The notes under the pieces: model-generated
The model's input: the letters and a program-made list of their open reading frames with translations, nothing else
Told to the model about the DNA's origin: nothing
Database searches by the model: none
Assembly: GCA_044356215.1 (NCBI GenBank)
Contig: JBIKWQ010000004.1
Span: 1-64,000 of the forward strand
Reading direction: 5' to 3'
DNA length: 64,000 nt
Source of the DNA: Bdellovibrionota bacterium
GTDB taxonomy: Bacteria; Bdellovibrionota_C; UBA2361; OMII01
Shown: in pieces, positions 58,831 through 64,000 of the stretch
How positions within the stretch are numbered: the stretch's first letter is position 1
Layout of the letters: each line of letters begins with the position of its first letter
Made by a program: the position numbers and the translations under genes

Positions 58831-60672
58831 ATGTGTGGTATTGTCGGATATGTCGGTGCTCAGGAAGCTTTGCCTGTAATCTTAGGGGGGCTGGAGTCAC
58901 TTGAGTACCGTGGATATGACTCATCTGGGGTAGCTCTCTACAGGAACGGAGAGGTCGATATCACCCGAGCTACTGGCAAGCTCTCTGAGCTGAAGAAGGT
59001 TTTTAAAGAACGAGGAGAATCCTCAGCGGCAGGAAGTACGCTTGGGATAGGTCACACCCGTTGGGCAACTCACGGAAGGCCAACAGAGAACAACGCGCAT
59101 CCGCACTCAGCCGGACGGGTTAGTTTGATTCACAATGGAATTATAGAGAACTACCTAGAGCTTAGGGCCGACCTTCAGCGAAAGGGGTGCGTTTTTAAAT
59201 CAGATACGGACACTGAGGTAGCGGCGCACTTGCTTAATAATCTCTTAGAAGATGGCACCGAGCCATTAGAAGCTATGCGTCGTATGTGTGCGGCCGTTAG
59301 AGGTAGCTACGCGTTTCTGGCTATCGATTCTGAGACCCCAGACAGGATCTTCGTAGCAAAGAACTCGACCCCAATCATCATCGGCAGGGGAGAGGGGGAG
59401 AACTTCGTGGCTAGTGATATACCGGCGCTTTTGCAGCACACCCGAAGAATTATAGTCCTTGAGGATGGAGATCTGGCTGAGGTTAGCTCTGATTCAATAT
59501 ACATCGAGAACAAGGGGTCTCCAGTTCAACGTCGTGAGGAGCGTGTCTCATGGGATCCGATCACGGCTCAGAAGGGTGGTTTTAAGCACTTTATGCTTAA
59601 GGAGATCTTCGACCAGCCTCAAGCTGTAGCCGACACTATTCGTGGTCGTTTCTCAGTAGAGAGTGGGTCGGTGATTTTGCCTGAATTGGGGGCGCTAGAT
59701 CGAAAGGCAGCCGAGCTAAAACGCGTAGTGCTGGTCGCGTGTGGTACAGCTTGGCACGCCTGTTTAGAGGGAAAGTTTTTCATAGAGCGTTTCGCGCGTA
59801 TACCGTGCGATGTTGATTATGCCTCTGAGTTCCGCTATCGCTCACATCTTCTCGACGCGAATACTTTAGTAATAGCTGTTTCGCAGTCTGGAGAGACGCT
59901 TGATACCCTTGGCGCCATCGAGTGCGCGCGAGGAACGGCGCCGACCCTAGTTGTAAGCAACGTTGTCGGCGCCTCGATGAGTCGGCGCGCTGATATGGTT
60001 CTGTATACCCACGCCGGACCAGAGATAAGTGTGGCATCGACTAAGGCTTTCTCAACTCAGTTGATCGCCCTTGAGTTGCTAGCGCTATTTTTGGCGGAGA
60101 AGCGTGAGACGATGTCATCTGATGATAGGAAGGCGGTCCTTCAGTCACTTGTTAACACAGCCGGAGCGATAACTCAGGCCCTAAAAATAGATGGTGATGT
60201 TATAGCGGCAGCTCGCAAGGTGGCGACCGCCAGAGATTTCCTCTTTTTAGGAAGAGGCACATGTTATCCGATTGCTCTTGAAGGAGCCCTTAAGCTCAAA
60301 GAGATCTCATACATTCACGCCGAGGGATACCCAGCCGGTGAGATGAAGCACGGACCGATCGCTTTAATCGATGAGAAGATGCCGGTTGTAGTTGTGCTTC
60401 AGCGCGACAAGCTCCTGTTTGAAAAGACCCTTTCGAACCTCAAAGAGGTCGAGGCACGAGGAGCGCGAGTAATAGTGGTTACCGATGCCGCCGATGACCG
60501 CCTGGCGGGTTTACAGGCAGAGTCGGTGATTCGAGTTCCGTTTGTCTCGAATGAGCTGAGTCCTTTGCTGCTGAATATCCCGCTCCAGCTCCTGGCGTAC
60601 CATGTCGCTGTTATGAATGGGACTGATGTAGATCTGCCGCGCAATTTGGCCAAGAGTGTGACGGTGGAGTAG
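58831..60672 (+). CDS. glmS: Glutamine--fructose-6-phosphate aminotransferase
   Basis: MCGIVG, GHTRWATHG, SQSGET, PRNLAKSVTVE; AGGAG before ATG 58831. Confidence 0.99.
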   Translation: MCGIVGYVGAQEALPVILGGLESLEYRGYDSSGVALYRNGEVDITRATGKLSELKKVFKERGESSAAGSTLGIGHTRWATHGRPTENNAHPHSAGRVSLIHNGIIENYLELRADLQRKGCVFKSDTDTEVAAHLLNNLLEDGTEPLEAMRRMCAAVRGSYAFLAIDSETPDRIFVAKNSTPIIIGRGEGENFVASDIPALLQHTRRIIVLEDGDLAEVSSDSIYIENKGSPVQRREERVSWDPITAQKGGFKHFMLKEIFDQPQAVADTIRGRFSVESGSVILPELGALDRKAAELKRVVLVACGTAWHACLEGKFFIERFARIPCDVDYASEFRYRSHLLDANTLVIAVSQSGETLDTLGAIECARGTAPTLVVSNVVGASMSRRADMVLYTHAGPEISVASTKAFSTQLIALELLALFLAEKRETMSSDDRKAVLQSLVNTAGAITQALKIDGDVIAAARKVATARDFLFLGRGTCYPIALEGALKLKEISYIHAEGYPAGEMKHGPIALIDEKMPVVVVLQRDKLLFEKTLSNLKEVEARGARVIVVTDAADDRLAGLQAESVIRVPFVSNELSPLLLNIPLQLLAYHVAVMNGTDVDLPRNLAKSVTVE

Positions 60673-60715
60673 GTCGATGGTCAATCCCTAAATAGGCTTT
60701 ATATGGTCAATCCCA

Positions 60716-60840
60716 CGTGAACGTGCTCCTGCACGTGCTCGTAAACGTACCCGATTTGCCACTTCTGCCATCTTAGTTCGGCTTCTGAATGACCCTGAAT
60801 TCGGGTACGTTTCTCGTTTACGTGCACGAGCACGTTCACG
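60716..60840. repeat. Palindromic intergenic repeat with CACGTG/GAACGT-rich arms
   Basis: Imperfect arms of about 42 bp at 60716-60757 and 60798-60840; preceded by the 12-bp direct repeat ATGGTCAATCCC (60677, 60703). Confidence 0.75.
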
Positions 60841-61036
60841 AGGCTCTGGTTATCCTTGATAACTGAGCAGAGAGCTATGAAAAAATACCGCGGCGCTCCG
60901 TCGCCTAGCCTGGATATTTGCAATAATAACAGCGAGTTGACCGGCTCCGGCACCAGTCCGCATTAGATTCCCCACAAAAAATAATCATTCTCCTCATTTT
61001 AGTACGTTGACTGAAGCACCCACGGCCTGTACTGTG

Positions 61037-61060
61037 GTGGTATGAAGTGGGTCATAGTGG
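61037..61060 (+). promoter_or_regulatory. MraZ-binding direct repeats
   Basis: GTGG at 61037, 61047 and 61057 (10-bp period) upstream of mraZ. Confidence 0.75.
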
Positions 61061-61140
61061 TATGTTGACCCATTATCTCTCGGTTGTTCTCTCGGTTGTT
61101 TGTTTGGTTGTTATTCCCCAAAACAACGGCGGATTGGTAG

Positions 61141-61683
61141 ATGATGGAAAAGCAGGAGGGGCAGAAGGAATCTGAAGTATCTGAGCGTTCTGCGCCTCCT
61201 GCTCGAACACCATCCCGTCCGCCGTTTGTTTCTTTTCGTGGTAATTGCGTCCACTCACTCGATGATAAAGGGCGCATAAGCCTTCCCAGTGAATTTAGAA
61301 GAGTGCTCGGTGATCAGGAGCGGCGGGGAGTCGTCCTGACCAACTACATTTCAGAGGGATCGCGCTGCATCGAGGGCTTCAGCCTGGGTGAGTGGGAGGA
61401 TTTTGAGGGCCGTTTGCGGGAGAAGAGCCGCTTTAGCAGTAAATTGCAGAAGCTCGAGAACTTCTATCTGAGCCGAGCCACCGAGTGCGCGATAGACGGG
61501 AACGGGAGGATTTTAATTCCAACCTATTTGAGAGCGTACGGTGGGTTGGATCGAGAGGTGGTCTTCACCGCTTCAATACACGGATTTCGAATGTGGGATA
61601 AGCGAGTATGGGACGCGATCTTTGCCGCCTCAGAGCAGGCGTTGCTAGAGAATCCGGATCTATTCGCTGATGTGGATCTATGA
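61141..61683 (+). CDS. mraZ: Division/cell wall cluster repressor MraZ
   Basis: LDDKGRISLP and IDGNGRILIP repeats. Confidence 0.95.
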   Translation: MMEKQEGQKESEVSERSAPPARTPSRPPFVSFRGNCVHSLDDKGRISLPSEFRRVLGDQERRGVVLTNYISEGSRCIEGFSLGEWEDFEGRLREKSRFSSKLQKLENFYLSRATECAIDGNGRILIPTYLRAYGGLDREVVFTASIHGFRMWDKRVWDAIFAASEQALLENPDLFADVDL

Positions 61684-62612
61684 GTGATGTTAGTAGCGAG
61701 GCGGTGCATATCCCCGTTTTGCTCCATGAGGTGGTAGAGCAGCTAAGAGCGGAGAAAGGTGGCATGTTCCTCGATTGTACCTTAGGTGGTGGCGGACATA
61801 CGCGGGCGATCCTAGACGCCTCTCCGGATAGCTGGGTGGTATCTTTAGACAGAGATCAGAGAGCCATTCGTCGAGCTGAGACTTGGGCGGGTCGTTACGC
61901 TGAACGACTACGCCTGATTCACGCGCCGTTCTCTCAGGCTGCTGACGTGGTCGATCTAAGTAAGTTCGATGGGATTCTCGCTGATCTAGGCATGTCAACT
62001 GACCAGTTGCGCGAGGGGCGGGGCTTCTCCTTTGCCGACGAGGGCTTTCTTGATATGCGGATGGACGAATCCTCGCCCATCACAGCGAGTGATTTTATCA
62101 ACAGTGCTTCTGAGCGTGAGCTGTTTTTAGCTCTCGCTGAGGGCGGTGTCGGCTCTTCCGCGCGGCAATTAACCAGATTTTTGATTTCGCGGCGCCCGTA
62201 CGAGAGCGCTAAAAACTTAGCTGAAGTAGTCAAAGAGTCCCATTTAGGCAAGAAAAGCGGCTCGAAAGTTCATCCGGCGACAGTAGTCTTTCAGGCGCTC
62301 AGGATGAAGGTTAATCGTGAGCGTGAGGAGATTCTGGCGCTCATGGGAGCGGCCCCAAAGTTAGTCAAGGGATCGGGATCCAGACTAGCCGTAATCACAT
62401 TTCATTCGATCGAAGACACATTGGTAGCGCGAGAAATGCGACGTTGGGAGGCCGCCGGAAGTTATCCAGCCTCGTGGCGTGGTCCGCGAGATGAGAGACG
62501 TATAGGCGTTGTAAATCCGCGCAAGCCAGTGTGTCCGAGTGAAGATGAAGTGCGGCGAAATCCAGCGTCACGCAGCGCGCGTCTGCGTGTGTTTGAGTTC
62601 GCGGAAAAATAA
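61680..62612 (+). CDS. rsmH: 16S rRNA m4C1402 methyltransferase
   Basis: HIPVLL, DCTLGGGGH, RGFSF, FHSIED, NPASRSARLR. Confidence 0.97.
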   Translation: MSDVSSEAVHIPVLLHEVVEQLRAEKGGMFLDCTLGGGGHTRAILDASPDSWVVSLDRDQRAIRRAETWAGRYAERLRLIHAPFSQAADVVDLSKFDGILADLGMSTDQLREGRGFSFADEGFLDMRMDESSPITASDFINSASERELFLALAEGGVGSSARQLTRFLISRRPYESAKNLAEVVKESHLGKKSGSKVHPATVVFQALRMKVNREREEILALMGAAPKLVKGSGSRLAVITFHSIEDTLVAREMRRWEAAGSYPASWRGPRDERRIGVVNPRKPVCPSEDEVRRNPASRSARLRVFEFAEK

Positions 62613-62702
62613 ATTTTTGAAGTTAAAAATATTCGCGTCATGTCACTTTTGGTAGCGACAGAATTTGAAGAACAAAGTACATTCTAAAGATTAGGGTTTT
62701 AT

Positions 62703-63020
62703 ATGGCAGTATGTTTGCAGTATCAGTCGGTTTACGTTAAGCGAGAGGCTGCGGTGGTTTCTCTAAGAGTGCAGATCGTCGCGGCGGTCGCTCTCTTGCT
62801 CGTGTTAGGCGCACGAGTTTGGGTCAAGTTAGAGGCGACGGACCTTGGGTATCAGTTGGCGCGTGAGCGCTCACGAACCATCGAATTGGACATGGAGCGT
62901 CGTGAGCTTGAGCTTCAACGTTCAGTTTTGCTTAGACCCGATGCGTTAAGCGCTTCAGCGAGAAAGATGGCTCACCTCGAGGAGCACATGGCTGAGAGAA
63001 GTTTTCGCGTCGCGTACTGA
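62703..63020 (+). CDS. ftsL: Cell division protein FtsL
   Basis: Single TM plus leucine-rich coiled coil, between rsmH and ftsI. Confidence 0.8.
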   Translation: MAVCLQYQSVYVKREAAVVSLRVQIVAAVALLLVLGARVWVKLEATDLGYQLARERSRTIELDMERRELELQRSVLLRPDALSASARKMAHLEEHMAERSFRVAY

Positions 63021-63102
63021 TCCCGCTAAACGGGATTCCATGGGACCAGGAGCTTCCCGAGAAAGGGATGATTGTTTAGGTATCAGTGATTTGATCAGTT
63101 AG

Positions 63103-64000
63103 ATGTCCGCTCAGATAAAGCTTCCATTCGAATCCTCAACTCTAAAGGCCGCCAGAATAGCGGAGCCAGAATTACCGTATTCGGCTAAACGCAAGGATTC
63201 ATTGATCGGCGTGGATTTCGCGATGTTGAGGAGATCTCCGGCGTCGATAGCGGAGCTGGCCTCGAAGCGCCCAATGCGGCTCCGATTGGTTGGCATCGCC
63301 GCTATTTTATGGACCGGGATTTTGGTGGCTAGGTTGTATAGCTTGCAGGTTTCGGACGTCGAACGGTGGCAGGACTGGGCGATTAAGCAGCATGTAGCCG
63401 ATGTTGAGGTGGCATCTGAACGAGGGCCTGTTATAGATCGTAACGGCAAGCTAGTCGCGGTGTCGGTTCCGGCGGAGTCAATTTATATTCGGCCTAGACA
63501 GGTTAGAGATAAGCAGCGAGTTGTTAAAGAGCTTTCAAAGGCTCTTGGTGTTAAGCCGATACATATAGCCGAGAAGCTAGTCAGCAAACAGCCGTTTGTC
63601 TGGGTCAAGCGTCAGATGCCGAGGTACGACGCGCGCAAGGTCACTGAACTTAATCTGGCTGGCGTGGGTAGTGTTTTGGAGTCGAAGCGATTTTATCCTT
63701 ATAACAATGCAGCTAGCTCGCTGATTGGTAAGGTCGGTACCGATGGAGTGGGGTTGTCAGGGATCGAGAAGGTCTATGAGAGGAGACTCAAGCAAGACCA
63801 TATAAAGACTCGGGCAGGACGCGATGCCCTTGGTAAAATTATCCACACAGGATTGGGCGAGGATGGGCAACCTTTCGCGCCCCCTCGGGGACACGAGCTT
63901 AAGTTAACGATCGACGCCGATCTGCAGATTATCATGGATGAGGAGCTTGAGCTCGGGCGCAAAGAAGCGAACGCCAAGCAGGCCATGGCGGTGATGGTGG
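63103..64000 (+). CDS. ftsI: Penicillin-binding protein 3 (FtsI), partial, runs off the window
   Basis: Own translation: TM helix, RGPVIDRNG, RFYP, GLSGIE, LTID. Confidence 0.9.
   Translation, partial: MSAQIKLPFESSTLKAARIAEPELPYSAKRKDSLIGVDFAMLRRSPASIAELASKRPMRLRLVGIAAILWTGILVARLYSLQVSDVERWQDWAIKQHVADVEVASERGPVIDRNGKLVAVSVPAESIYIRPRQVRDKQRVVKELSKALGVKPIHIAEKLVSKQPFVWVKRQMPRYDARKVTELNLAGVGSVLESKRFYPYNNAASSLIGKVGTDGVGLSGIEKVYERRLKQDHIKTRAGRDALGKIIHTGLGEDGQPFAPPRGHELKLTIDADLQIIMDEELELGRKEANAKQAMAVMV

Noticed and set aside
60699..60953. 84-aa ORF with HVHV/HVQEHVHV repeats
   Set aside because: It is a translation of the hexamer-based palindromic repeat, not a credible protein.

Overview
Bacterial chromosomal window, probably from a deltaproteobacteria-like or Bdellovibrionota-like lineage (inferred from gene content, not verified). 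Left to right it holds: an interrupted GNAT gene, an APC amino-acid permease and a small winged-helix protein; a partial complex I operon (nuoC-D-E-G-H-J-K-L-M-N, without A, B, F, I); the str-S10-spc ribosomal protein cluster through secY-adk, lacking rpsN; and accessory genes (ABC substrate-binding protein, FAD/NAD(P)-binding protein, a membrane-protein ORF split by one in-frame TGA, a beta-CASP nuclease, an Aas-like enzyme). Then come tRNA-Arg(TCG), a Wzx/Wzy exopolysaccharide locus interrupted by a DUF898/M48 pair and a Phd-VapC toxin-antitoxin pair, glmS and the start of the dcw cluster. The most unusual signals are five. (1) An AT-rich AAA_14/DUF4143 ATPase cassette lies between perfect 72-bp direct repeats that duplicate the overlap of two convergent genes. 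(2) A family of IS5-like MITE ends (GGAAGGCCGGCAAAACC, always next to YTAR) includes a 251-bp palindromic element with a nested REP pair and 22-25 bp collapsed remnants. (3) EF-Tu lacks the canonical RGITI switch-I motif and has a Planctomycete-like loop instead. (4) An in-frame TGA followed by a hairpin sits inside an orphan membrane gene. (5) A Z-alpha-like winged-helix protein is present. No CRISPR array, integrase or transposase gene was seen, and none of these signals can be confirmed as a new system without database searches.
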